Shown: positions 1-10,350 of the stretch, one piece after another | How the letters are laid out: each line of letters opens with the position of its first letter | Position numbering within the stretch: position 1 is the stretch's first letter | Source of the DNA: Comamonadaceae bacterium | GTDB taxonomy: Bacteria > Pseudomonadota > Gammaproteobacteria > Burkholderiales > Burkholderiaceae_C | Assembly: GCA_947448735.1 (NCBI GenBank) | Contig: CANFOS010000011.1 | Coordinates: 28,874 to 92,873 of the forward strand | DNA: 64,000 bases | Direction: 5' to 3' | Notes under the pieces: model-generated | The model's input: only the letters and a program-made list of their open reading frames with translations | What the model was told of the DNA's origin: nothing | Database searches by the model: none | Position numbers and translations under genes: made by a program

Positions 1-7
1 CTACTGC

Positions 8-3000
8 TTAGGCAGCCGGCTTGTCAAAGGGCAGTTCCACCGCACGCAAGTCGCGGCGGGTTTCAACCAGCACCAACGGACCTTCATTGGACACCATCAC
101 GGGTGCTCGCTCACGCGGCACATGTGCCGGTTTGGCCTCGGCAGCAATGGCGGCCTGCGCCTCTGCTATCTTGCCCGCGTCCGAGTTGATCCACTGAAGG
201 CCGGAGCCCTGTGCGACCTGAACCAGGTCTTGCAAGGGCAAGTCATAAGCCTTAACCTTGGGCAGGCCGCTGGCAGCCGATGCAAGGGCTGGCGAAGGCG
301 AGGGTGCGGGCGTGCTTTGGGGTGTGTGTGCTGGCACTGCAGGCAGAGCCGCATCAGCGGTGACAATAGCCGAGCCAACTGGCGCTGTAGATGCTACAAA
401 TTCAGGAGCTACTGGCGCGGGAATTTGCTGGTCTGCAGCCTCATTTGATGCCTGGTGTTCAGTCAAGGCAGCGGCCTCAGCACCGGTTTCACTGCGCTCA
501 GAACCTTCAGCGCGCTCGCGGCGATCGCGGCCGTAACGGTCACGGCTGCGGCGCTCGCGTGGCGCACGTTGTGGATTGGCCTGATCACCCGTTGTGTTGC
601 CTTCAGCAGGGGCATGAACGTCTCTGCTGACGGATGGCTCAGCCGGCGCGTCACCCGATGGCTGGCGATCTTCACGCGGCGCATCTTGAGAGTCGGTGCG
701 TGACTCTGCGCGTGGCTCACCACGGCGGTCATTTCGGCGACCGCGATCGCCACGCTCTCGGCGCGGCGCTTCCTGGCCCGCCGCGTCTGCTGCCCCGCCA
801 CCCATGGCGGCAGCCATGGCGGCTTTGTTGGCCAGTGCAATGTCTTGCTCGGTGGCATCCGCCGATGGGCGCGGCTCGTTGCTTCGCTCACCGCGTTCAC
901 GGCGTGGACGCTCCTGGCGACCGCCTTCGCGTGGCTCACGCGGCTCGCGCGGTGGGCGCGGCTCGCGTGGCTCCTGACCTTCAGCGCGTTGTTCGCCGCG
1001 CTGGTCATTGCGTGGTTCACCGCGCGGCTCAGCGCCCCGCGCATCAGGACCACGTTCCCGGCGCTCGTTGCTTCTACCCTCACCCCGGCCCTCGCCGCGA
1101 CCTTCCGAACGGTCACCGCGCTCGCCTCTGGCGCGGCCGCCACGGCGGCCATCACGGCCACCGCGTTCGCCGCGGCCATCGCGGGCAGCGTCACGGCGTG
1201 CGTCGCCTTCACGGTCATCTTTTTTCACATCACCGGCCGGCGCGGCGATCGGTTTGGCGGGCTCATCAGCGCCGCCAAACAAAGCTTTGAGCCAGCCGAA
1301 AAATCCCTTTTCCGCTGGCGCTACTTGTGCCGGTGTTGCAGCGGGTGCTGCCTTGGCGGCCACGTCAGGTTTGGCTTCAGCCTTGACCGGGGCGGCAGGT
1401 GCCAGGGGTTCGTGGGCATCTGGCAACACGCCCTTGATCACAGGCTCTTGCTTGTTGTGCTTTTCCTGGCTGCGACGGGTGACCAGCGTCGGGTCTTCCA
1501 TTTCTTCGGCCATCTTGTAGCTGGCTTCGATGTTGTCCAGGCGCGGGTCGTCGTGCTTCAGGCGTTCCAGGCGGTAGTTCGGTGTTTCCAGCGTTTTGTT
1601 TGGCACCAGCAGCACGTTGATGCGCTGCTTCATTTCGATTTTGCTGATTTCTGAGCGTTTTTCATTCAACAAGAAAGACGCCACATCCACCGGCACCTGG
1701 CACAACACCGAGGCCGTGCTGTCTTTGAGGGACTCTTCCTGAATGATCCGCAAGATCTGCAAGGCAGAGCTTTCGGTGTCGCGGATATGGCCAGAGCCAC
1801 CGCAACGCGGGCAGGGGATGGACGCGCCTTCGCTCAGCGTAGGGCGCAGGCGCTGGCGGCTCATCTCCATCAGGCCAAACTTGCTGATGGTGCCGAACTG
1901 GACTCTGGCGCGGTCTTGGCGCAGTGCATCACGCAGGCGGTTTTCAACATCGCGGCGGTTGCGTGACTCTTCCATATCAATAAAGTCAATCACCACCAGG
2001 CCGCCCAGGTCACGCAGGCGCATCTGGCGGGCCACTTCGTCAGCGGCTTCCAGGTTGGTTCGGGTCGCGGTTTCCTCAATGTCGCCGCCCTTGATAGCGC
2101 GCGCCGAGTTGACGTCGACGCTGACCAGCGCCTCGGTCTGGTCAATCACGATGGCGCCGCCAGACGGCAACTGCACGGTGCGGGCATAGGCCGACTCGAT
2201 CTGGTGCTCGATCTGGAAACGGCTGAACAGCGGTGCGTCGTCGCGGTAACGCTTGACGCGGTGCTCATGCTCGGGCATCACATGCGCCATGAACTGCTTG
2301 GCCTGCTCGTACACGTCGTCGGTGTCAAACAAGATGTCGCCGATGTCGCTGTTGAAGTAATCGCGAATCGCACGGATGACCAGGCTGGATTCCTGATAAA
2401 TCAGGAACGCGCCCTTGCCGCCCTTGCCGGCGCCTTCAATGGCCGTCCAGAGCTTGATCAGGTAGTTCAGGTCCCACTGCAGTTCTGGGGCGCTGCGGCC
2501 AATGCCGGCGGTTCGGGCAATGATGCTGGAGCCCTGCGGGTACTCCAGCTGGTCCATGTTTTCTTTCAGCTCGGCCCGGTCTTCGCCCTCGATACGGCGG
2601 CTCACGCCACCACCGCGCGGGTTGTTGGGCATCAGCACCACATAGCGGCCGGCCAGCGATACAAAGGTCGTCAGGGCTGCACCCTTGTTGCCGCGCTCTT
2701 CTTTTTCGACCTGAACCATCAGTTCCTGGCCCTCGCGGATCACATCATTGATGCGGGCCTGGCTGACCGACACACCTGGTGCAAAGTAGTTGCGCGAGAT
2801 TTCCTTGAACGGCAAAAAGCCGTGGCGGTCTTCGCCGTAATCCACAAAACAGGCTTCCAGCGATGGCTCAACCCGGGTCACCACCGCTTTGTAGATGTTT
2901 CCTTTGCGCTGTTCGCGCCCTTCAATTTCAATTTCGTAGTCGAGGAGTTTTTGTCCGTCAACAATCGCCAAACGGCGCTCTTCTGCCTGGGTGGCATTGA

Positions 3001-3016
3001 TCAGCATGCGTTTCAT
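8..3016 (-). CDS. rne: Ribonuclease E
   Basis: N-terminal [22 protein letters not shown]1 domain, DVNSAR and DFIDM catalytic motifs, CPRC Zn-link, long Arg/Glu-rich disordered tail; divergent from rluC. Confidence 0.98.
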   Translation of the reverse strand: MKRMLINATQAEERRLAIVDGQKLLDYEIEIEGREQRKGNIYKAVVTRVEPSLEACFVDYGEDRHGFLPFKEISRNYFAPGVSVSQARINDVIREGQELMVQVEKEERGNKGAALTTFVSLAGRYVVLMPNNPRGGGVSRRIEGEDRAELKENMDQLEYPQGSSIIARTAGIGRSAPELQWDLNYLIKLWTAIEGAGKGGKGAFLIYQESSLVIRAIRDYFNSDIGDILFDTDDVYEQAKQFMAHVMPEHEHRVKRYRDDAPLFSRFQIEHQIESAYARTVQLPSGGAIVIDQTEALVSVDVNSARAIKGGDIEETATRTNLEAADEVARQMRLRDLGGLVVIDFIDMEESRNRRDVENRLRDALRQDRARVQFGTISKFGLMEMSRQRLRPTLSEGASIPCPRCGGSGHIRDTESSALQILRIIQEESLKDSTASVLCQVPVDVASFLLNEKRSEISKIEMKQRINVLLVPNKTLETPNYRLERLKHDDPRLDNIEASYKMAEEMEDPTLVTRRSQEKHNKQEPVIKGVLPDAHEPLAPAAPVKAEAKPDVAAKAAPAATPAQVAPAEKGFFGWLKALFGGADEPAKPIAAPAGDVKKDDREGDARRDAARDGRGERGGRDGRRGGRARGERGDRSEGRGEGRGEGRSNERRERGPDARGAEPRGEPRNDQRGEQRAEGQEPREPRPPREPREPREGGRQERPRRERGERSNEPRPSADATEQDIALANKAAMAAAMGGGAADAAGQEAPRRERGDRGRRNDRRGEPRAESRTDSQDAPREDRQPSGDAPAEPSVSRDVHAPAEGNTTGDQANPQRAPRERRSRDRYGRDRRERAEGSERSETGAEAAALTEHQASNEAADQQIPAPVAPEFVASTAPVGSAIVTADAALPAVPAHTPQSTPAPSPSPALASAASGLPKVKAYDLPLQDLVQVAQGSGLQWINSDAGKIAEAQAAIAAEAKPAHVPRERAPVMVSNEGPLVLVETRRDLRAVELPFDKPAA
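392..434 (+). repeat. 43-bp fixed-spacing element, copy inside rne
   Basis: TGCTAC-AAATTCA-GGAGC-N20-GGTCT. Confidence 0.8.
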
Positions 3017-3208
3017 GTGCGTACTCTTTCATCATCATTTCAACAGCTCAAAATGAGCCAACGATGCCAAAGCAGACGCTGTGCGAACGTGGGGAATTGC
3101 CGGAGAGCTTTGTAGCCAACTGGCCGACTGAAAAATCAGTCAGGCAGGAGCTTGAAGCGTAGGCGCGTGGATGGGGTGAGCAGGAGTCCGAATGAACGAA
3201 ACAAGCTT

Positions 3209-3251
3209 TGCTATTGTATTGGTAGCTGCTTGTGCACGTGAAACAGGGGCT
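3209..3251 (+). repeat. 43-bp element, rne-rluC intergenic
   Basis: TGCTAT-TGTATTG-GTAGC-N20-GGGCT. Confidence 0.85.
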
Positions 3252-3598
3252 GCAGGCTGATTCGTGCCTAAAAACGGGGCTAAAAAGCACCGCAGGCAGA
3301 AGGTGATCAGGTTGTACAGCGTTGTCATTGAAGTGCTATCGGTCAAAAAAGGCTTTTATCTCACCAAGATCCGCAGGCAGCCCCTGAATGCAAGGAGGCT
3401 ACCCGCTTGGGTATTCCGTAGTTTGTTTCGCAAAACGTCGACTCGTTTCCCGGTGTCAACCCGCTTTGGCGGAGTCACAGGTGTTTGCATCGACCTTCTG
3501 GTGCTGTGTGATCAAGCTTCTCATGGGCCTTTTCAGGCTGGTTTGATGGGCGTGGACTAAACTCCAAGCAAATCAACAACTTAACGAACACAACGCCA

Positions 3599-4666
3599 GT
3601 GAAATCTATTATAGGGGCAGCTTCAGCCAGCGGGACGAGTTTAAATCCGGCGGCCACTTTTGTCACCGTGGACGAAGACTATGCAGGGCAGCGGTTGGAC
3701 AATTTTTTGATCCGGCAGCTCAAAGGCGTCCCCAAAACGCATGTTTACCGCATCATTCGCAGTGGCGAGGTGCGCGTCAACAAGGGCCGGGCGCAGGCCG
3801 ATACCCGGGTGGAAACGGGGGACATTGTGCGTTTGCCGCCGGTCCGCACATCTGAACGAGCCGACCAAAAAGCCGTTGCGATTCAAGCGGCGCAAGAAGT
3901 CGTGCGCCACGGCGCCATGTCCAGCGTCGGCGGGTTTGCCCCAGCAGCTGAATTTCCCATCTTGTTTGAAGACGACTTTGTGCTGGCCATCGACAAGCCC
4001 GCTGGCGTGGCGGTGCATGGCGGCAGTGGGGTGAGTTTTGGCGTGATTGAGCAACTGCGAATGGCGCGGCCCGAGGCCGACTTTTTAGAGCTGGTGCATC
4101 GTCTGGACCGCGAAACCAGCGGTGTGTTGCTGATTGCCAAGCGGCGCATGGCCTTGAAGCTGCTGCAAGAGCAATTCAGGGAGCGCGAAACCGACAAGGT
4201 CTATCTGGCGCTGGTCAAAGGGGCCTGGCCTGCCAATCAGCGGGTGATTGACAAGGCGCTGCATAAATACGAAGCACCCAACGGTGAAAGGCGGGTCAGG
4301 GTTGTGGCCAACGACCACCCGGACGGCCTGCGTTCAATCACGCTGGTCAAGGTCAAATCGACTTTTGACAATGGCGCGTTTACCTTGCTCGAGGTCACCA
4401 TCAAAACCGGGCGGACCCACCAGATCCGGGTGCACCTGGCCGATGCAGGCCACCCCATTGCGGGGGACGACAAATACGGCGACTTTGAGCTCAACAAATT
4501 ACTGCAAAAACCAAATGCCCAGACACCCAGCCTGAAACGCATGTTTTTGCACGCCTGGAGTTTGAAATTCAACCATCCCAAACTGCGCAAAGTGGTGCAT
4601 CTGCAGGCTGAGTTGCCGCCAGAATTGCAGCAGTTTTTACCTGCTTCAATCCCCCTCACGCCATGA
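3599..4666 (+). CDS. rluC: 23S rRNA pseudouridine synthase RluC
   Basis: S4 domain (GQRLDNFL), HRLDRETSG catalytic motif, GRTHQIRVH; GTG start approximate. Confidence 0.95.
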   Translation: MKSIIGAASASGTSLNPAATFVTVDEDYAGQRLDNFLIRQLKGVPKTHVYRIIRSGEVRVNKGRAQADTRVETGDIVRLPPVRTSERADQKAVAIQAAQEVVRHGAMSSVGGFAPAAEFPILFEDDFVLAIDKPAGVAVHGGSGVSFGVIEQLRMARPEADFLELVHRLDRETSGVLLIAKRRMALKLLQEQFRERETDKVYLALVKGAWPANQRVIDKALHKYEAPNGERRVRVVANDHPDGLRSITLVKVKSTFDNGAFTLLEVTIKTGRTHQIRVHLADAGHPIAGDDKYGDFELNKLLQKPNAQTPSLKRMFLHAWSLKFNHPKLRKVVHLQAELPPELQQFLPASIPLTP

Positions 4667-5322
4667 CATCCCGAAATTTCGACCTCATTGCCTTCGACTG
4701 GGACGGCACGCTGTTTGATTCCACCAAAATCATCGTGCGCTGTATTCAGGCCGCCGTCAAAGATGTGGGCGGCACCGTGCCGACTGACGAGGCCGCCGCC
4801 TATGTGATTGGCCTGGGACTGGCGCAGGCACTGGCGCATGCTGCGCCTGATGTGCCGCGCGACAAATACCCGGTGCTCGGTGAACGCTACCGTTACCACT
4901 ACCATTTGCATGCGCATGATGTGAGCCTGTTTGACGGTGTGTTGCCGCTGCTGGCCGCGCTGAAGGCCCGCGGCCATTTGCTGGCTGTCGCTACCGGCAA
5001 GTCGCGCCATGGGCTTGACGAAGCTTTGCAAACTGTTCAGCTCAAAGGCGTGTTTGATGCCTCGCGAACGGCCGATAAGACCGCTGGCAAGCCAGACCCG
5101 AAGATGCTGCACGAGCTGATGGCCGAGTTGGGTATTGCCCCCAAGCGCACCCTGATGGTGGGCGACACCACGCATGATCTGCAAATGGCGCTGAATGCAG
5201 GGTGCCCGAGCTTGGCGGTGAGCTATGGCGCGCACGCCCCAGATGCGTTTGCCGCACTTGGGCCGCTGCACATCGCCCATTCAGTGCCAGACATGCATGA
5301 CTGGCTGCTTGCCAACGGCTGA
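4663..5322 (+). CDS. HAD-family hydrolase (phosphoglycolate phosphatase-like)
   Basis: FDWDGTL motif I, KPDP motif, GDTTHD motif IV; ATGA overlap with rluC. Confidence 0.9.
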   Translation: MTSRNFDLIAFDWDGTLFDSTKIIVRCIQAAVKDVGGTVPTDEAAAYVIGLGLAQALAHAAPDVPRDKYPVLGERYRYHYHLHAHDVSLFDGVLPLLAALKARGHLLAVATGKSRHGLDEALQTVQLKGVFDASRTADKTAGKPDPKMLHELMAELGIAPKRTLMVGDTTHDLQMALNAGCPSLAVSYGAHAPDAFAALGPLHIAHSVPDMHDWLLANG

Positions 5323-5338
5323 TAAAGAGGGTTCAGGC

Positions 5339-5704
5339 ATGGACGATTTGCAGCCCCTTTGCAATTCCAGTGATCTGGCTGAAGGCGGTCAGGCGGTGCC
5401 TTTTGATGTGGTCTATGCAGGCCAGACCTGCCGGGCGTTTGCTGTCAGGTTCAAAGGCCGGGCGCATGCCTACCTGAACCGCTGCACACACGTGGCGATG
5501 GAACTGGACTGGCAGCCCAACCGGGTATTTGACGCCACTGGTCAGTGGCTGCTGTGTGCCAGCCACGGCGCGGCTTATGTGCCCGACAGTGGCCAGTGCG
5601 CGGGCGGGCCTTGCCAGGGCGGGCTGGTCAAAATCCATCTTGTCGACAAAGACGGTGTCGTTTGTTGGCAAACGGCTTACAACCTCAAACCGCCGGCCTT
5701 TTGA
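5339..5704 (+). CDS. Rieske [2Fe-2S] ferredoxin
   Basis: CTH...CASHG Rieske ligands; start moved to ATG 5339 after AGAGG/AGG. Confidence 0.85.
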   Translation: MDDLQPLCNSSDLAEGGQAVPFDVVYAGQTCRAFAVRFKGRAHAYLNRCTHVAMELDWQPNRVFDATGQWLLCASHGAAYVPDSGQCAGGPCQGGLVKIHLVDKDGVVCWQTAYNLKPPAF

Positions 5705-5723
5705 TAAAACCATAAACTACCGC

Positions 5724-6806
5724 ATGACTGAAAACAATCGCCCAGACTCTGAAAACCAATCGTTTGATGCTGAGAATGCCTCGAAAATTCGATCCAATAT
5801 GCCCTCAGACCAATCTAAACCTGGGCCAGATGCTCCTGAAATAGTAGCTCCTAAAAAATCAAAAGCGGACCCGATAGACACGCCAGGCTGGGAGCGCAAT
5901 ACCCTTGAAAGGCTGGCTTTTGCATCCCTGAACGAGCAAAAGGCCACGCGCCGCTGGAAAGCCTTTGTCCGGATGTCCTGGCTGCTGTTTTTTGTGGTGC
6001 TGGTCTGGATGGCCTTGCACCGGGGCACGCCCGCGACCAGCGCCAGCGCGCCGCACACCGCAGTCGTTGAGATCAAAGGCGAAATCGCCGCCGGATCCGA
6101 TGCCAGCGCCGAGTTCATCAATGCCGCTTTGAAGGCCGCTTTTGAGGACGATGGCGCCAAAGCGGTCGTGCTGCTGATCAACTCCCCCGGCGGCAGCCCG
6201 GTGCAGGCCGGCATGATGAACGACGAAATTCGCCGCCTGAAAGCCAAACACAAAAAGCCGGTCTACGCCGTGGTGGAAGAAACCTGTGCTTCGGCGGCTT
6301 ACTACATTGCCGTGGCGGCAGACCAGATTTTTGTCGACAAAGCCAGCATTGTTGGCAGTATTGGCGTGCTGATGGATGGTTTTGGTTTTACCGGGCTGAT
6401 GGACAAGCTGGGTGTTGAGCGCCGACTGTTGACAGCTGGCGAAAACAAGGGCTTTTTAGATCCTTTCAGCAAGCAAACTGACAAGCAGCGCGAGTTTGCC
6501 TTGACCATGCTCAACCAGATTCACCAACAGTTCATCAGCGTCGTCAAAGCCGGGCGCGGCGTACGCCTGAAAGAAACACCAGAAATGTTCAGCGGCCTGT
6601 TCTGGACCGGTCAGCAAGCCATTGAACTGGGCCTGGCCGACAAACTGGGTACGCTCGAATACGTGGCACGCGAAGTGGTCAAACAAGAGGATATCGTTGA
6701 CTACACCCGCCGTGACAACGTGGCCGAGCGCCTGGCCAAAAAGTTTGGTGCGGCCGTGGGCGAAGGCGCGATCAAGGCCGTCAGGGCCTTACCCGCCATT
6801 CGCTGA
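5724..6806 (+). CDS. sppA: S49 family signal peptide peptidase SppA
   Basis: INSPGGSP, CASAAYYIA, GSIGV motifs, one TM helix; start at ATG 5724 inferred. Confidence 0.9.
   Translation: MTENNRPDSENQSFDAENASKIRSNMPSDQSKPGPDAPEIVAPKKSKADPIDTPGWERNTLERLAFASLNEQKATRRWKAFVRMSWLLFFVVLVWMALHRGTPATSASAPHTAVVEIKGEIAAGSDASAEFINAALKAAFEDDGAKAVVLLINSPGGSPVQAGMMNDEIRRLKAKHKKPVYAVVEETCASAAYYIAVAADQIFVDKASIVGSIGVLMDGFGFTGLMDKLGVERRLLTAGENKGFLDPFSKQTDKQREFALTMLNQIHQQFISVVKAGRGVRLKETPEMFSGLFWTGQQAIELGLADKLGTLEYVAREVVKQEDIVDYTRRDNVAERLAKKFGAAVGEGAIKAVRALPAIR
5807..5849 (-). repeat. 43-bp element, inside sppA N-terminus
   Basis: AGCTAC-TATTTCA-GGAGC-N20-GGTCT. Confidence 0.8.
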
Positions 6807-6838
6807 TCAACTTGCCGGATTGTCTTTGCTTCAGGACA

Positions 6839-7603
6839 TCAGCGTCCGATACAAAAAACCGTTGGCAAACCCAGCGGCGGCGCCGGTTTGTCCTGTTTCC
6901 ACTTGGCAACTGTGGTGCTTTTGCTCCAGGCGTTGTCCAAAGTCAGGCCGCAACTGACGGCCAGCCGTGTGTTGCCTTGCAGGGTTTGCAGCAGGGCCTG
7001 TAGCAAGGCCGCGTTGCGGTAAGGCGTTTCAATAAAAATCTGCGTCTGGCCAGTTTTCAAGGCCACAGACTCCAGCGCTTTGATGCGCAGACTGCGCTCA
7101 CCGCCGTCTTGCGGCAGGTAGCCGACAAAGGCAAAGTTTTGACCGTTCAGGCCACTGCTGGCAAGCGCAAGCATCAGTGACATGGGGCCTGTCAGCGCGA
7201 CCACTTCAATGCCCAAATCGTGCGCGGCACGCACGACCGATGAGCCTGGGTCGGCAATGGCAGGCATGCCGGCTTCGCTGACCAGACCCATGTGCCGTCC
7301 TTCCATGGCGGCCATCAGCATGGGCCTGGCGTCAAAGTTGCCGGTGTGATCGCCTTTTTTATGCACCTCGCGCGGCAACTCTGTGATGAGCAGGGCCTGC
7401 ACGGGCTGGCTCAGCGGCATCAGCTCGCCGATCCGTTTGAGGTAAGCGCGTGTACTTTTGGCGTTTTCGCAAATCCAGCATGGCAGTTGTGCGGCAATCG
7501 TCATCGTGGCAAGCGGCATCACGTCGGTGAGCGGCGCCTGGGCTTCACAGCCAAAGTCCAGTGGCGCGGGCACGAGGTAAAGCTTTCCTTTGGGGTTGCT
7601 CAT
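6839..7603 (-). CDS. Tetrapyrrole-methylase family SAM-dependent methyltransferase (RsmI/YraL-like)
   Basis: LVSEAGMPAIADPG, GPMSLMLALASSG, FIETPYRN motifs. Confidence 0.85.
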   Translation of the reverse strand: MSNPKGKLYLVPAPLDFGCEAQAPLTDVMPLATMTIAAQLPCWICENAKSTRAYLKRIGELMPLSQPVQALLITELPREVHKKGDHTGNFDARPMLMAAMEGRHMGLVSEAGMPAIADPGSSVVRAAHDLGIEVVALTGPMSLMLALASSGLNGQNFAFVGYLPQDGGERSLRIKALESVALKTGQTQIFIETPYRNAALLQALLQTLQGNTRLAVSCGLTLDNAWSKSTTVAKWKQDKPAPPLGLPTVFCIGR

Positions 7604-8217
7604 GTGGCCGCCTTGGCTGACAGCAGTGAAATACCCGCTGCCCGGAGCATCTGGCAGGTTCTGATGAGTGGCAGGCCAATCAGGGCCGTGGGGTCGTCGC
7701 TGTCGATGGCGTCCAGCAAGGCAATGCCCAAGCCTTCGCTTTTGGCGCTGCCTGCGCAGTCGTAGGGCTTCTCGATCTGAAGGTAGTTTTCAATCTCATC
7801 GTTTGTGAGATGGCGAAATCTCACCCGCACAGCCGCCAAGCTGCTTTGCTCGAAACCGGTTTCCAGGCAGACCACCGCCACGGCGGTCTGAAACACCACG
7901 GTTTGCCCCCGCATGTGGCGCAGTTGCGCGACAGCCTTGTCGTGTGTGCCGGGTTTGCCCAGACTGAGCCCGTTCAAATCAGCCACCTGGTCTGAACCAA
8001 TCACCACGGCTTGCGGAAATCGAACGGCCACGGCCCGGGCTTTGGCCAATGACAGGCGCTTGGCCATCTCGTTGGGTGCTTCCCCCGGCAATGGGGTTTC
8101 CTCCACATCGGGAGCGGCCACGTCAAACGGGATGTGCAGTCGGGCCAACAATTCACGCCTGTAGGCGGAGGTTGATCCCAAAATCAGCGTGCGGCTTTTG
8201 GAGAAGGTGATGGTCAT
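7600..8217 (-). CDS. maf: Maf-family nucleoside triphosphate pyrophosphatase (YceF-like)
   Basis: LILGSTSAYRRELL, GSDQV, DCAGSAKSEG motifs. Confidence 0.92.
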   Translation of the reverse strand: MTITFSKSRTLILGSTSAYRRELLARLHIPFDVAAPDVEETPLPGEAPNEMAKRLSLAKARAVAVRFPQAVVIGSDQVADLNGLSLGKPGTHDKAVAQLRHMRGQTVVFQTAVAVVCLETGFEQSSLAAVRVRFRHLTNDEIENYLQIEKPYDCAGSAKSEGLGIALLDAIDSDDPTALIGLPLIRTCQMLRAAGISLLSAKAAT

Positions 8218-8242
8218 GCGGTGATTCTCTTACACTGCTGAC

Positions 8243-8782
8243 ATGACCCGACAGCAAGCCTTGCACAGCCTCAACCTGCAAACCCTGGCAACCAGCGGTG
8301 TACCGCTGGTTGAAACTACGCCGCTACACAATTTGGAGCGCCTCGCACAGGAATCCATTGGGCCGGCGCCAGACGCGATCGTCAACTGGCAGGCTTTGGC
8401 CGAGCTTCGCGCAGGCTCGACCGGCCAAACAGACATGTGGCTGCATCTGCAGGCCGAGGCGTCTGTGCCGCTGACCTGTCAGCGTTGTATGGCCGTTGCC
8501 CAGACGCCTTTGCAGGTGAACCAGTGGTACCGATTCGTGGCCACTGAAGAGATTGCCATGGCGCAAGATGATGCGTCGCAGGAGGATTTGCTCGTCATGA
8601 CGCCGCAGTTTGACCTGTTGGCGCTGCTCGAGGACGAGCTGCTGATGGCGCTGCCGCTGGTGCCCATGCACGGCGAATGCCCGGTATTGCCAGCCTTTAG
8701 CGCGGGAGCCATTGATGTGCCTGACGATGGCCCTGGCAAACCGAATCCGTTTGCCGCGCTGGCCCAGTTAAAGAAAAGGTGA
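8243..8782 (+). CDS. yceD: DUF177/YceD ribosome accumulation protein
   Basis: CQRC motif, EDELLMALP, NPFAAL; directly upstream of rpmF. Confidence 0.9.
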   Translation: MTRQQALHSLNLQTLATSGVPLVETTPLHNLERLAQESIGPAPDAIVNWQALAELRAGSTGQTDMWLHLQAEASVPLTCQRCMAVAQTPLQVNQWYRFVATEEIAMAQDDASQEDLLVMTPQFDLLALLEDELLMALPLVPMHGECPVLPAFSAGAIDVPDDGPGKPNPFAALAQLKKR

Positions 8783-8839
8783 CCAGCCAGTCCTGGTCGT
8801 GTCTCTTGGGGTTGGCTTCCCATGCGCGGCTAACCGCGC

Positions 8840-8845
8840 TATAAT
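8840..8845 (+). promoter_or_regulatory. Candidate sigma70 -10 box for rpmF
   Basis: Perfect TATAAT about 90 bp upstream of rpmF; no clear -35. Confidence 0.5.
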
Positions 8846-8933
8846 CAAAGGCTTCGCGCGCATGGCAAGCGTGCAATTTACCAACTTTTTACACGTGCAG
8901 TGAATACCATCACTGTTCGATCAGGAGCTCATC

Positions 8934-9116
8934 ATGGCTGTTCAACAGAACAAGAAATCACCGTCCAAGCGCGGTATGCACCGCTCACACAATGCCCTGA
9001 CCGTGCCGGGCATCGCTGTGGAGTCCACCACCGGCGAGACCCATTTGCGTCACCATATCAGCCCTACCGGCTTTTACCGTGGCCGCAAGGTGCTGAAAAC
9101 CAAATCAGAAGCGTAA
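8934..9116 (+). CDS. rpmF: 50S ribosomal protein L32
   Basis: [19 protein letters not shown]; AGGAG RBS. Confidence 0.99.
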   Translation: MAVQQNKKSPSKRGMHRSHNALTVPGIAVESTTGETHLRHHISPTGFYRGRKVLKTKSEA

Positions 9117-9152
9117 TTCATCGCTTCAATAACGTGCGACGCACACCCGAAG

Positions 9153-9180
9153 GCCCGCTTTATCTGCGGGCTTTTCTTTT
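9153..9180 (+). terminator. Intrinsic terminator after rpmF
   Basis: GCCCGC-7nt-GCGGGC followed by TTTTCTTTT. Confidence 0.7.
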
Positions 9181-9216
9181 GTTGACATCTAAACCAACGA
9201 TCACCCCGGTCTCACC

Positions 9217-10311
9217 ATGATCAGGATAGCAGTCGATGCCATGGGTGGAGATTTTGGTCCAGCGGTCACCGTCCCGGCCAGTCTGGCATTTTTGGAAGGG
9301 CATACGGAAGCTTCCCTGACCTTGGTCGGTCAATTAGACGTACTGCAAAAGCACCCGCAGTTCAGCCAACTTCAGGCGCATGCACGATGCCACGTCGTTG
9401 CTGCCGCGGAGGTCGTCTCCATGGACGATCCGATTGAAATTGCCCTGCGGCGCAAGAAGAACTCGTCCATGCGGGTGGCGATCAATCAGGTCAAAGACGA
9501 GGCAGCCCAAGCGGCAGTATCTGCCGGCAACACCGGGGCACTGATGGCGATTGCCCGCTATGTGCTCAAAACAATGGACGGTATTGATCGGCCCGCCATC
9601 GCCACTCAGCTGCCCAATGCCATGGGTGGTGCCACCACCGTACTGGATCTGGGTGCCAACGTCGACTGCACAGAAGATCATTTGCTGCAATTTGCTGTCA
9701 TGGGATCGGCTCTGGTGGCGGCCATTTCGAACAATCCTTCGCCCAGCGTGGGGCTTCTCAATATTGGTGAAGAAGCGATAAAAGGCAGTGAAGTGATCAA
9801 AAAAGCCGGTGAACTGCTTCGATCTGCCGCTAAATCTGGCGATTTGAATTTCTATGGCAACGTCGAAGGCAATGACATTTTCAAAGGGACGACGGACATC
9901 GTGGTGTGTGATGGTTTTGTGGGAAATGTCGCCCTCAAGACCAGTGAAGGTTTGGCCAGCATGATCGGCAGTTTCATGAAAAAAGAGTTTTCTCGCAATA
10001 TTTTCACGAAAATTGCGGCCATCGTTGCTTATCCCGTACTAACTGCGTTTAAAAACAGAATGGACCACAGGCGCTACAACGGCGCTGCCTTGCTGGGTTT
10101 ACAGGGCCTGGTCTTTAAAAGCCACGGCTCGGCAGATGTGTTTGCCTTCGAGCGTGCGCTCAATCGTGCCTACGATGCAGCCAGCAACAGGCTGCTGGAT
10201 CGGGTGCGTGAGCGCATCGCACATGCGGCGCCCATTCTGGTGGCGGTCTCTGTCGAGCACAAAACTGAACCGAGCCTGCAAGCTGCAAAAGAAGCAGTCG
10301 CGTTACATTAG
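9217..10311 (+). CDS. plsX: Phosphate acyltransferase PlsX
   Basis: [30 protein letters not shown] motifs. Confidence 0.97.
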   Translation: MIRIAVDAMGGDFGPAVTVPASLAFLEGHTEASLTLVGQLDVLQKHPQFSQLQAHARCHVVAAAEVVSMDDPIEIALRRKKNSSMRVAINQVKDEAAQAAVSAGNTGALMAIARYVLKTMDGIDRPAIATQLPNAMGGATTVLDLGANVDCTEDHLLQFAVMGSALVAAISNNPSPSVGLLNIGEEAIKGSEVIKKAGELLRSAAKSGDLNFYGNVEGNDIFKGTTDIVVCDGFVGNVALKTSEGLASMIGSFMKKEFSRNIFTKIAAIVAYPVLTAFKNRMDHRRYNGAALLGLQGLVFKSHGSADVFAFERALNRAYDAASNRLLDRVRERIAHAAPILVAVSVEHKTEPSLQAAKEAVALH

Positions 10312-10350
10312 GCGATACTTTTCGCATCTCTTCACGTTCCTGTTCTTTTG

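Noticed and set aside
700-1200. Short GC-rich tandem repeats in rne
   Set aside because: They encode the ordinary Arg/Glu/Pro-rich disordered region of RNase E; not CRISPR-like.
845-3115. Long antisense ORFs over rne, and similar ones over fabD, fabF, lysS and leuB
   Set aside because: Expected shadows of high-GC codon bias; no RBS or recognisable motifs.
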